In this document: in pieces, positions 55,810 to 64,000 of the stretch
How positions within the stretch are numbered: position 1 is the stretch's first letter
How the letters are laid out: every line of letters begins with the position of its first letter
Source: Rhodothermia bacterium
GTDB taxonomy: Bacteria; Bacteroidota; Rhodothermia; Rhodothermales; UBA10348
NCBI GenBank assembly: GCA_036985715.1
Contig: BTQE01000002.1
Span: 1,607 to 65,606 of the forward strand
Direction: 5' to 3'
Length of the DNA stretch: 64,000 nt
The notes under the pieces: generated by a model
The model's input: only the letters and a program-made list of their open reading frames with translations
Told to the model about the DNA's origin: nothing
Database searches by the model: none
Translations under genes and position numbers: made by a program

Positions 55810-58680
55810 CTATCGTTCGTTTTCCGGCATCAGAACCACCTGCACGTACCGATCCGTGTTCAGATATCTGTTGGCAACCTCCTGCAAATCTGATCCGGAA
55901 ATATCGTAGATCCAGGCAGAAGGTCCTTCCAGAATCGCAGATGCATCCATTCCGCGTTCAAGATAAAACTGAAGTCTATTCATCCAAAAGCCGTTCTCTC
56001 GGAGGCCCACTTCATGTTCACGCAAGGCCGATTCTCGGGCCTTCTGGATATCATCTTCATCTGGCGGCGCCGTTTTAAGGGCTTCGATCTCTCGGAATAC
56101 TTCACCGATCAGCTCGTCCACACGATCTGGCGACATTCCAAATGAGATGGTAACCCGATACGATTCATACGGACGATCACTCATCGAACCCGTTACGGAG
56201 ACGCTGTATGTACCGCCCAAATCCTCGCGCAGGATTTCTCGCAGTCGGGTACGGAGGACATTGCTCAGGATTCCGAGTTTCCGTCTCTGGTCCATAGACC
56301 AATCCGCCGGACCGGAGAAGATGATGGAGACCTGACTTTTGGGCTCTACTCCTTTGACGACCGTTTTGTTGATCACTCCAGAGGGCGTTCGAATGCCGGT
56401 ATCAACCCATGTTTCATCTCGCATGGTTGAAGGAAGACTCGCCAGATACGTAGTGAGAAACGGCTTTATGTCGTCTATTTCAAATGCGCCGACGAAGTAA
56501 AACGTGAAATCAGAAAAATCCTTAAACCGGTCGTTATAAAAGTCGAAACTCTCGGAGAGGGAGACCTCCCGGATGATTTCTTCCGACATTGGTCGAGCGC
56601 GGAAGTGATATTGTGCCATCGTTGTCGAAAGCGTGTCGCTGAACGCGATTTGAGGATTGGCTTTCATCGTTTCCAGGAAGCTCGACATCCGTGTGATATA
56701 AGAGGCAAAGACAACACTGTCAGCTCGCGGAGCAGTACCGTACAGGTGGGTTAGTTGAAATAGCGTTTCAAGGTCTTTCGGAGATGCGGAACCTGAAAAA
56801 CCCTCGGACAGCGAAGTCAGTACCGGCGATACGCGTACGACTTTACCGGACAACTTTTTCCGGAGTTCAATAGGACCAAACGTGCCAACGCCGCCGCTCC
56901 CGATCAATTGAGATGCGAATATGGCCGATGCGAACTCGGAGTCGTCGGCCAGGGATGTCCCTCCGGGACTCGTCGCCATCATCAATATCTGGTCGTTTTT
57001 GAAATCGGTGGGCCTGAGAACGATCTTGATACCGTTCGAGAGTGTCATGAATGTGACTCCGATCTCTTCGTCCAAACGCTCCTCCGTAATTGTCCCCGGT
57101 GTCGGCATGTCCGGGAGAAGCGGTTCGTCATCCACCGTATCGACATACGCATCAACCTCGGCGCCGCTTACGGCCGTAAAAACCGCCTTGACTTCAGCGA
57201 TGGTCGGGAGGGGATCTGATTCCTTTTCAGGGCCTGAGATAGAGACGACTTGATTGGTCTCGGTCATCAACGACGTCAGCAGTTGGTTAACTTCTTCGAC
57301 CGGGATAGTGGGAAGAAGCTCACTGGTAAGTTGATATTCGTATTCGATACCCGGTATGGCCTCTGATGTCAGCACGTGACGAATGTATTCCGACGCAAAC
57401 ACGGATGAGTTGGTTTTTTCCCGCTCGTTAAATGCGGTTTCTCTGCTTCGTAGCAACTGTGTTTTGGCACGCTGAAGCTCTGTTTCAGTGAAACCGTGGA
57501 TCTTTACGCGTTCTGCCTCTTCCAGGAGAGTTTCCAGCGCACGGGTATACTCCCCGTCCCTTACCAGGCCGATCAAACTGTAAGCCCCCCGGGTTCTAAC
57601 AAGGCCTCCGTCATTCGAAAATGCAAAGATAAAAGGGGGATCAACCGATTGTGTCAGTTCTCCAAGACGTTGGTTAAACATCGCCGAATACAGCGAGGAG
57701 CGAAGACGCTGTCGATAAGAAGCACGCGTACCCTCCGCCCATGGCGGGTGTTTGTACATCACAGATACCAGCGCCGAGCTCGCCTCCGGATCCGATTCGA
57801 TCGTGTACAAAACTTCGTCATGAGATGGCACATCGTAAAAAATGCGCTCCCGCGGAGTATCCGATCCGGTCAGGTCCGAAAAAAGATCCTCAATCAGACG
57901 CTCGATTCGATCCGTCTCAAAATCACCGACCGCAATGACGGTCATCAGTTCGGGGCGATACCAGTCGGTGTAATACCTGACCAGCGTTTCGTGAGAAAAA
58001 GTTTTCAAAAGATCGGGGTTTCCGATGGGGAGCCGATCTGCGTAGCGAGAGTCTTTCAGAATGATGGGCAGTTGGAGATCCTGGATGCGTGCCGCAGCGC
58101 CTCGACGTCGACGCCATTCTTCGATTACGACGCCTCTTTCTTTTTCGATCTCGGCGGGTTCGAACGAGAGACGGCCGGCCCAATCGCGGAGTATTTGAAA
58201 TCCGGTCTCAAGAACACCGACCGAATCAGTTGGCAGCTGCAGCTTGTAAACGGTTTCATCAAAGCTCGTGTACGCATTGATGTCCGGGCCAAATTGCATC
58301 CCGATGGACTCCAGGTAATCGATCAGCTCCTGCTTCTCGAAATTCTGTGTACCGTTGAATGCCATGTGTTCGACAAAATGAGCCAGACCCAGCTGGTCAT
58401 CGTCTTCCAGAATCGAGCCCACATTTACAACGAGTCTAAGTTCGGCTCGATTCTCGGGGCGCTCGTTCGAGCGGATCATATAATTCAATCCGTTCGGTAG
58501 TGAACCTTTCCGTACAAGAGGATCGATCGGAAGCAGTGTTTCGACCGCGTTCTCCATAAGCTCAGTTTGATCCTGAGGAGCGTTGTTCACGTCTACCGGA
58601 TCAACCGTGACAGGAGCTGAATAGTTGGAGCCGGCACAGCCGGCTAAGCCGAGAAGCAAGAGGGAAATAATGAACCGCAT
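55810..58680 (-). CDS. M16-family (pitrilysin/insulinase, PqqL-like) zinc metallopeptidase, double-length lipoprotein
   Basis: 956 aa with lipobox LAGC. The inverted zinc motif HxxEH occurs in GLAHFVEHMAFNGT. The second half is a non-catalytic M16 repeat. Confidence 0.85.
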   Translation of the reverse strand: MRFIISLLLLGLAGCAGSNYSAPVTVDPVDVNNAPQDQTELMENAVETLLPIDPLVRKGSLPNGLNYMIRSNERPENRAELRLVVNVGSILEDDDQLGLAHFVEHMAFNGTQNFEKQELIDYLESIGMQFGPDINAYTSFDETVYKLQLPTDSVGVLETGFQILRDWAGRLSFEPAEIEKERGVVIEEWRRRRGAAARIQDLQLPIILKDSRYADRLPIGNPDLLKTFSHETLVRYYTDWYRPELMTVIAVGDFETDRIERLIEDLFSDLTGSDTPRERIFYDVPSHDEVLYTIESDPEASSALVSVMYKHPPWAEGTRASYRQRLRSSLYSAMFNQRLGELTQSVDPPFIFAFSNDGGLVRTRGAYSLIGLVRDGEYTRALETLLEEAERVKIHGFTETELQRAKTQLLRSRETAFNEREKTNSSVFASEYIRHVLTSEAIPGIEYEYQLTSELLPTIPVEEVNQLLTSLMTETNQVVSISGPEKESDPLPTIAEVKAVFTAVSGAEVDAYVDTVDDEPLLPDMPTPGTITEERLDEEIGVTFMTLSNGIKIVLRPTDFKNDQILMMATSPGGTSLADDSEFASAIFASQLIGSGGVGTFGPIELRKKLSGKVVRVSPVLTSLSEGFSGSASPKDLETLFQLTHLYGTAPRADSVVFASYITRMSSFLETMKANPQIAFSDTLSTTMAQYHFRARPMSEEIIREVSLSESFDFYNDRFKDFSDFTFYFVGAFEIDDIKPFLTTYLASLPSTMRDETWVDTGIRTPSGVINKTVVKGVEPKSQVSIIFSGPADWSMDQRRKLGILSNVLRTRLREILREDLGGTYSVSVTGSMSDRPYESYRVTISFGMSPDRVDELIGEVFREIEALKTAPPDEDDIQKARESALREHEVGLRENGFWMNRLQFYLERGMDASAILEGPSAWIYDISGSDLQEVANRYLNTDRYVQVVLMPENER

Positions 58681-59067
58681 AACAGTATGTCGTCGTGTGA
58701 AGAAGAAGGTGATGATCCGAGCATGGAGGATCAGTCCGGTTTCTTTCGTTTACGGGTCGAATGAGAAAAATCAATAAGAGCCACTATAGCCAAAGTAACG
58801 ATTTGAAGAGTATCCCACGCGCTGTCATATACCATAGAGCTCGTTCGATCTATCGGATGGGTTAGGGAGCCTGAATGAGCTGGAAACCAGGGGCACATTA
58901 ATCAGAACCGGGATGGGTACGGAATGATCTGGTTACAGGACCCCAATTCCACGGAAACATACCCTGAAACGCTTACCTGAAAGTCAGTCGAAAATTCTTA
59001 ACAAATGGGCTAAAATACCGATACCAAGGAAGAATTCGGATGTTCTGGCTCAAATAGAAAAATCTCG

Positions 59068-59793
59068 GTGCTGGGTGTGTCTTTAAGGAATCTGATTTTG
59101 TCTGGCGGTCGCCGTGCGAAATCTCAGGCGAATGAAACTACCCAGGGGGCGATATCCGATGATTCAAAAATTGGCAAAGTCCCTCGCTCAGACACACCGT
59201 CGGAAGACCCCGTGCCAGTGAGTGAGCTGAAAAACCTTGACCATACGACTGCGGCAGCACTAAGAAGGCAGATTCTATCGGAAGATCAGCTTCGTACAAT
59301 CGATTGTTCAGGTGAGAATTCAAGAATGATCATCACATGGAGGCAATGTTCTTTTGCATTTCCGGACGTCAGGGAACAGCTACAGAAACTTGCTGCAGAA
59401 ATTTATGGCTTCCGCCCGGTTACCGTTTGTCAAATCGGGACGCTCATCTATAACAACAAGCTTCTCGACCTGTTGTCGAGCGAGGATTGGACGTCCTTGT
59501 TCGCATGTGGAGTTGTTCCTGTTATAGAACATGGACACTACCCCGACGTGGTTCGAAGGCATCTACTGGCAAGTTCTGATCCAGGATCACGTCGAGTTCG
59601 CGCGCTCTCGGACCGACTCATTCTTTCTGATATCGAATTCGTATTTGTCCCGGAGGAGGTTGTGAACACGGTCCAAAATCTTCTTATTTCAAACATGCCT
59701 GCTCTGAATGTCAATCCTGGTATTGCGAGAAACGGGGATACTCTAAAGCGAGAAACAACAACCCAAGATTACACGAGACGGCGCGCAGCCTAG
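59068..59793 (+). CDS. Hypothetical protein with a possible GspE/PilB N-terminal (T2SSE_N)-like domain
   Basis: 241-aa ORF with a GTG start (uncertain; the first ATG is at about aa 97). AAEIYGFRPVTV...VVPVIEHGH...LLASSDPGSRRVRALSDRLILSDIEFVFVPEEVVNTVQNLL resembles, by eye, the T2SSE_N pattern (a..lgl..vdl...vlP...dg..l.va..dP.d......l......v..v.a....i...l). The adjacent ATPase gene starts 40 nt downstream. Confidence 0.4.
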   Translation: MLGVSLRNLILSGGRRAKSQANETTQGAISDDSKIGKVPRSDTPSEDPVPVSELKNLDHTTAAALRRQILSEDQLRTIDCSGENSRMIITWRQCSFAFPDVREQLQKLAAEIYGFRPVTVCQIGTLIYNNKLLDLLSSEDWTSLFACGVVPVIEHGHYPDVVRRHLLASSDPGSRRVRALSDRLILSDIEFVFVPEEVVNTVQNLLISNMPALNVNPGIARNGDTLKRETTTQDYTRRRAA

Positions 59794-59832
59794 GCCGGGA
59801 CCGTCGAACCCACTTGATCATCACATTCGCTC

Positions 59833-61752
59833 ATGGAGCAAATCTCAGACAAAACACCAGATTTTCGAAATCGAGCGGAGGATCGAACCGCATCGAGTGC
59901 GAAGGGGAAAAGCCGGCTCGAAGCGATTCGACGAAAGGTTGCGTTCGAAACCGTTGCCAGTCGAGACCGGGTGGTGACTCGTCTTTTGGATAAAGGTGCG
60001 GTCAACGAAAATCATCTGGTATCCGCTTGGGAGGAGTGGAATCGACTTCATGAACAGCACATTCGTGTACCGTTTTGGCGTCTGCTCACAATAGACGAAA
60101 CGCTCGATGCCCAGGAAATTTATTCTGAAGCTGCGTCGGTGTATGCTTTCAAGCAGGCTGGAATAGATAAGATGGATGTGCTCGAGTTTATAGCCGAGCA
60201 CCGCGAGAAATTCAACGACGAGATATGGGAGGAGATGGTCGAAGCCCACGTGCTACCGGTGGGAATCGATGTAGATAAGCGCTCAGGAGAAAATATTTGG
60301 ATCTTTGCTACACACGATCCGACTCGTCCCGAAGTTCATCAGTTGATTCAAACACTTCAGTTGAAGCGATTCGAGTTGCGTTATTCGCCACTCGATTTAC
60401 TCGGATCGATCATCAGTGATACGTTTATATCGGTTAATCAGTATCTCGAGAAGCTGGAGGAAGTTCCACCCGTCTTCGACATGGGGATGGACTTCATTGA
60501 GGATGAGAACAGCGTAGATGACGATGCACTCGAGGCAGAAATCAATCGTTCGCGCCTCATCAATCTATTCGAAGCATCCCTCGTCGAGGCCGTGAAGAGG
60601 GGCGCATCAGACATCCACATCTTTCCCAATGATAAGGGCGAGATCGAGCTTCAAATGCGGATCGACGGTGAACTCGAGATGTGGCATATCGAAGATGGGA
60701 TTCGACCGGAGTCATTCCTGTCGGTCGTGAAGGACAATTCGATGAATGTCGATCGATTCGAGCGAGATTCAGCCCAGGACGGATACATCCAGCGATGGAT
60801 CGACGAGGTGCTCATTCGATTCCGCGTCTCCGTATTACCCATTGCCAGTGCCAAGCAGGAAATACACGCCGAAAGCGTCGTCATCCGAGTTCTGGACGAT
60901 CGAAAGGTGATCACAGATCTCGGAAAAATTGGTCTTCTCGGACACGCGATGGAGCGATTTGACCACGCCATTCGCCAGCCGAACGGAATGGTGATCCTGA
61001 CGGGCCCAACCGGATCTGGCAAGAGTACCACGTTGGTGGCGGCTCTGTCCCAGGTTGTTACTTCAAAAGTGAACGTTCTTACCATCGAGGATCCGGTGGA
61101 ATATCTGATTAAGGGAGTCCGCCAGATTAAACTGGGTGTTCGTCTGGGTCTTGAGAGCGCACTTCGCGCCATTCTTCGACACGACCCGGATATCGTGATG
61201 GTGGGTGAGATGAGAGATAGAGAAACCGCTGAGCTCGCAATAAAGCTTGCCAATACCGGCCATCTGACTTTTACAACGCTTCACACGAACGATGCTCCTT
61301 CAGCCGTATCACGACTTTTCAAGATGGGCATCGAGCCATTTCTGATCTCGTACGCGATTAACCTTGTCGTTGCGCAGCGACTGGTGAGAAAGCTTTGTAA
61401 TACGTGTAAGCGCGCGGATGTAGAAGTAGAAAATGAAGTTCTTCGGCATCTCGGATTCACCGAGACGGAGATCGGATCGATGACGATTTATACGCAAGGA
61501 GATGACACAAGATGTGGTACCTGTAAAGGTTCGGGCTACAAAGGTCGGAGAGCGGTTGCCGAGACCCTCACATTTACACCTGCAATTCGGAGCATCATCA
61601 TGGAGTCTGGAGACATAGTGGATGAAAGTAAACTCCGAGACAAAGCGATCGAAGAGGGAATGCTGACGCTCAGCGACTGCGCTCGTCGAATTGTCATTGA
61701 AGGAGAAACATCGATCGACGAAATGCTTCGCGTGACGGGAAGCGCAATTTAG
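59833..61752 (+). CDS. GspE/PilB-family secretion or type IV pilus assembly ATPase
   Basis: T2SSE_N-like N-domain. Walker A GPTGSGKST, Walker B/Asp box RHDPDIVMVGEMRD, His box GHLTFTTLHTNDA, and a tetracysteine motif CNTC...CGTCKGSGYKGR. Confidence 0.88.
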   Translation: MEQISDKTPDFRNRAEDRTASSAKGKSRLEAIRRKVAFETVASRDRVVTRLLDKGAVNENHLVSAWEEWNRLHEQHIRVPFWRLLTIDETLDAQEIYSEAASVYAFKQAGIDKMDVLEFIAEHREKFNDEIWEEMVEAHVLPVGIDVDKRSGENIWIFATHDPTRPEVHQLIQTLQLKRFELRYSPLDLLGSIISDTFISVNQYLEKLEEVPPVFDMGMDFIEDENSVDDDALEAEINRSRLINLFEASLVEAVKRGASDIHIFPNDKGEIELQMRIDGELEMWHIEDGIRPESFLSVVKDNSMNVDRFERDSAQDGYIQRWIDEVLIRFRVSVLPIASAKQEIHAESVVIRVLDDRKVITDLGKIGLLGHAMERFDHAIRQPNGMVILTGPTGSGKSTTLVAALSQVVTSKVNVLTIEDPVEYLIKGVRQIKLGVRLGLESALRAILRHDPDIVMVGEMRDRETAELAIKLANTGHLTFTTLHTNDAPSAVSRLFKMGIEPFLISYAINLVVAQRLVRKLCNTCKRADVEVENEVLRHLGFTETEIGSMTIYTQGDDTRCGTCKGSGYKGRRAVAETLTFTPAIRSIIMESGDIVDESKLRDKAIEEGMLTLSDCARRIVIEGETSIDEMLRVTGSAI

Positions 61753-61768
61753 AGGCCGAAATCCAGGT

Positions 61769-62566
61769 TCAGGGATCCAGTCGTTCCAGTCTCACGTTGT
61801 CAAGATTCACATCGCTGACGAGTTCGAGCTTTCCCTGACTGAACAGTTCATCATACTGGTCGATCGTTTCGATTGTTAGACTATCGAATTTGAAGTTATG
61901 ATAGTCCTGAATTCTAACGCCCCCGATGTCCCGAATATTTGTGGCTTGACGGAAGCGGGACCCTTCCTCGTCGGTATAGAAATAATAGGCCATGTAGTCC
62001 ATCGTGAAACGGTTTCGGTGGAACCAGTAGAGGAACCGGTCCTGATAGTCGCGCCCTCCGCCTTCCTGCTGAAACGTGATGTCAATCTTGTAGTAGGGTT
62101 CACCCAGAATCTCGACCTCTCCGAGTAGCGTCTTAACGACCGCGGGATCATTTAGGGGAAGTGGAAGAAGAACGAAGTACGAGACGCTGTTGACCGATGT
62201 CTCCATTTTTCGGTAAAACTCTGAGTCCATTTCCGTCCGCACTCCGTCAACATCTCGTACCAGTCCGTCATTAGAGAGGATCTCCTTAATGACAGCTCCG
62301 GTCGAGTCTGTGTACGATCTCACGTATGAAAACATTCCATTTTGACGCGTAATCGAAAATTGGCGTCCACGAAAATCGAAGGTGAGACGGGCGTTGTTCA
62401 GGATGTCGCTGCCGTGTGCTTCCAAGGCCCTGTCGACTATGTTTTGGGGATTCGACATGTCGTCAGGGGCCCGGCAGGCGCCCAAGAATAAACTCGTCAC
62501 CAGGATGGGAAGAGAGAATTTTGTTCGATGAAACAGCGCTGTGGAAATGAAATTCGGGAAATTCAT
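61769..62566 (-). CDS. Hypothetical lipoprotein
   Basis: The start was moved to the ATG at 62566 (MNFPNFISTALFHRTKFSLPILVTSLFLGAC, a lipobox). It begins 2 nt after the upstream gene's stop. No recognised motif. Confidence 0.5.
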   Translation of the reverse strand: MNFPNFISTALFHRTKFSLPILVTSLFLGACRAPDDMSNPQNIVDRALEAHGSDILNNARLTFDFRGRQFSITRQNGMFSYVRSYTDSTGAVIKEILSNDGLVRDVDGVRTEMDSEFYRKMETSVNSVSYFVLLPLPLNDPAVVKTLLGEVEILGEPYYKIDITFQQEGGGRDYQDRFLYWFHRNRFTMDYMAYYFYTDEEGSRFRQATNIRDIGGVRIQDYHNFKFDSLTIETIDQYDELFSQGKLELVSDVNLDNVRLERLDP

Positions 62567-62568
62567 AT

Positions 62569-63966
62569 TTACGTCAGCTCTTCGTGAGACGATCGCTGTA
62601 CAAATCCATACCATAGAATTCCGATGATCAGCAGGTAGACGATCATGATCGAAATGATAATGATATATCCGGTGATTGATCCAGAGAACACAGTGAATGG
62701 CATGTTAATCAGAATAAGGAGGGGGAATCCAAAGGCCAACGCCATTCCGCTACTGAGAACGAGGTCTTCCGCCACGGGTGATCGGTATTCCGGGTCGGTA
62801 ACGCGAATGAGCGCGAGTCCTGAGCTGATGGTTCCAGTCATTTGGGCATATATCCCGATAAATCGTTCGAACCGATATTTCGTGAACACCTTTTGACTTG
62901 ACCATTTCAGGAACAAATACGTAATCCATGCTCCGAGGATGGACATGACGAGAACAGGTCCGGCGTACGTCCACGCTATCCGTAAACTGATTGCGGCAAT
63001 CGAAGCAGTGATCAGAAAATCCGCAAGCGAACCGGTCAATCGCCTCATCATTCCAGCATCGAGCAGGTGACCGGCCCCCGCGAAATCGATGAGGTGTCTT
63101 ATGCCCAGAGCGATCAGGTTGGCAAAAATGAAGTGAAACGACCATACGATCGGCACTTCCTGGTCCAATCCTCCAGCCACCAATATTTGTTCGAGACCCG
63201 CGGTAAACGCATAGGTCAACGCATACACCAAACCGATGAGTGCCAGATGGACCGTTAGTGGCTCGATGGCTCCACTGAAAAACGTTAACGTCGCTCCGAC
63301 GGGCCGATCCTCGGCGTCTCGAATACCTTTCATCATGGAGGAAGAGAGGCCGTCTGAATGTCCTTCGGTATCCGAAGATTCTCGGGCCATTAGTGTCCGA
63401 TTTATGATCATCACCCCCGAAACGTAGGCGAAAAGGAATCCAATGGCGGCGATACCAAGACCTACTGACGCCGCATCTTCGAATCCGAAAGCGCTCCACG
63501 CATTGCCAATTGAGAACGCAATGCCGGGTCCCATTGCAAATCCCAACGGGAGAAGCAGCCCTATGGCGGGAACCAGTTCGGGCAGAAACAGCAGCATGGC
63601 TAACAGCGCTACGCTGAGTCCAATGAGACCTTGGATCAGCATGACCGACACCTGCATGAATCCGAGATTGACCACACTGTATTTAATTTTCCGACTCGAT
63701 GATTGAAGGCCAACGCCAATAAACGTCAAGGCCAGAAGGTGATAGACATACGCGCCCATTCGCTCCAATGAAAAGGTGACAATCGAAAACACTTCTGGTC
63801 CAATAAGGAGTCCGATAAAGCCAGCGAGCAGGCTGTTCGGAATCAGGAATCTCCGAAATACAGGGACATACCTGCGGGCAATAGAGCCTCCAATGAGCAG
63901 GATGCTAAGGAGGGCAAAGTCCAAGAAAAGGTCGCCGATCGAGGCAGGAATGGTCCAGGATTCCAT
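62569..63966 (-). CDS. Sodium/glutamate symporter (GltS/ESS-family)-like transporter
   Basis: 465-aa polytopic protein. The N-terminus LLIGGSIARRYVPVFRRFLIPNSLLAGFIGLLIG parallels E. coli GltS LLLGRKLVHSVSFLKKYTIPEPVAGGLLVAL. Assignment is by eye. Confidence 0.55.
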   Translation of the reverse strand: MESWTIPASIGDLFLDFALLSILLIGGSIARRYVPVFRRFLIPNSLLAGFIGLLIGPEVFSIVTFSLERMGAYVYHLLALTFIGVGLQSSSRKIKYSVVNLGFMQVSVMLIQGLIGLSVALLAMLLFLPELVPAIGLLLPLGFAMGPGIAFSIGNAWSAFGFEDAASVGLGIAAIGFLFAYVSGVMIINRTLMARESSDTEGHSDGLSSSMMKGIRDAEDRPVGATLTFFSGAIEPLTVHLALIGLVYALTYAFTAGLEQILVAGGLDQEVPIVWSFHFIFANLIALGIRHLIDFAGAGHLLDAGMMRRLTGSLADFLITASIAAISLRIAWTYAGPVLVMSILGAWITYLFLKWSSQKVFTKYRFERFIGIYAQMTGTISSGLALIRVTDPEYRSPVAEDLVLSSGMALAFGFPLLILINMPFTVFSGSITGYIIIISIMIVYLLIIGILWYGFVQRSSHEELT

Positions 63967-64000
63967 TTAGATTTGTCACCAACGAATATTTGGCGCGATT

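Noticed and set aside
57496-58500. 334-aa ORF antisense to the M16 peptidase
   Set aside because: It is embedded antisense in a gene carrying a clear HxxEH motif, and its composition is Arg-rich and low-complexity.
58840-59067. Possible c-di-GMP or other riboswitch upstream of the GspE-type unit
   Set aside because: I could not find the conserved GEMM-I or GEMM-II core strings or any other riboswitch signature I know. This needs an Infernal/Rfam scan.
60651-61253. 200-aa ORF antisense to the GspE/PilB ATPase
   Set aside because: It covers the Walker A and Walker B regions of the supported plus-strand gene, and its sequence is Ser/Arg-rich and non-protein-like.
62750-63499. 249-aa alternative-frame ORF on the same strand as the GltS-like transporter
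   Set aside because: It is Arg/Gly/His-rich and non-protein-like, while the other frame encodes a coherent polytopic membrane protein.
1-64000. Search for CRISPR arrays, IS elements or inverted repeats, integrases, toxin-antitoxin pairs and defence islands
   Set aside because: I saw no spaced repeat arrays, no transposase, integrase or recombinase-like ORFs, and no nuclease/helicase/ATPase clusters. Every large ORF has a plausible housekeeping or envelope role. A manual reading cannot exclude short or degenerate repeats.

Overview
This is a 64-kb chromosomal segment with about 50 protein-coding genes, tightly packed on both strands. I found no rRNA, tRNA, CRISPR array, transposase, integrase, phage gene or recognisable defence gene by manual reading. 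No computational scan was possible.

Gene content points to an FCB-group bacterium (Bacteroidota, Rhodothermota or Balneolota-like). The evidence is a PorV/PorQ-like barrel, a GWxTD lipoprotein, a CarboxypepD_reg-like protein, TonB plus TonB-dependent-receptor-like outer-membrane proteins, an ELWxxDG-repeat lipoprotein and many lipobox signal peptides. GC content looks like roughly 50% by eye and was not computed.

Most of the window is ordinary core genome: rsmB, an rsmF-like gene, gatB, tpiA, rlmN, ctaA/ctaB, secD/secF, purA, hppD/hmgA, an ACS-like ligase, M16 and M28 peptidases, and envelope glycosyltransferases.

I did not find a convincing novel defence or mobile system. The most unusual content is listed below.
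- A co-directional block at 3064-11068 encodes an HD hydrolase, a PrpD-family dehydratase, a fused LeuC/LeuD-type hydro-lyase, an Icd-like dehydrogenase, a CitD::CitE fusion and CitF. The usual citrate lyase accessory genes citC, citX and citG are absent from the window.
- An isolated two-gene unit at 59068-61752 encodes a protein with a possible GspE-N-terminal-like domain followed by a GspE/PilB-type ATPase. No other secretion or pilus genes lie nearby.
- Smaller curiosities include short direct repeats that duplicate two start-codon contexts, cysteine-less versions of normally Cys-dependent folds, and an eight-repeat propeller lipoprotein with repeats of exactly 46 aa.

All product calls rest on motif recognition by eye and on remembered family sequences. 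None has been verified by a database search.
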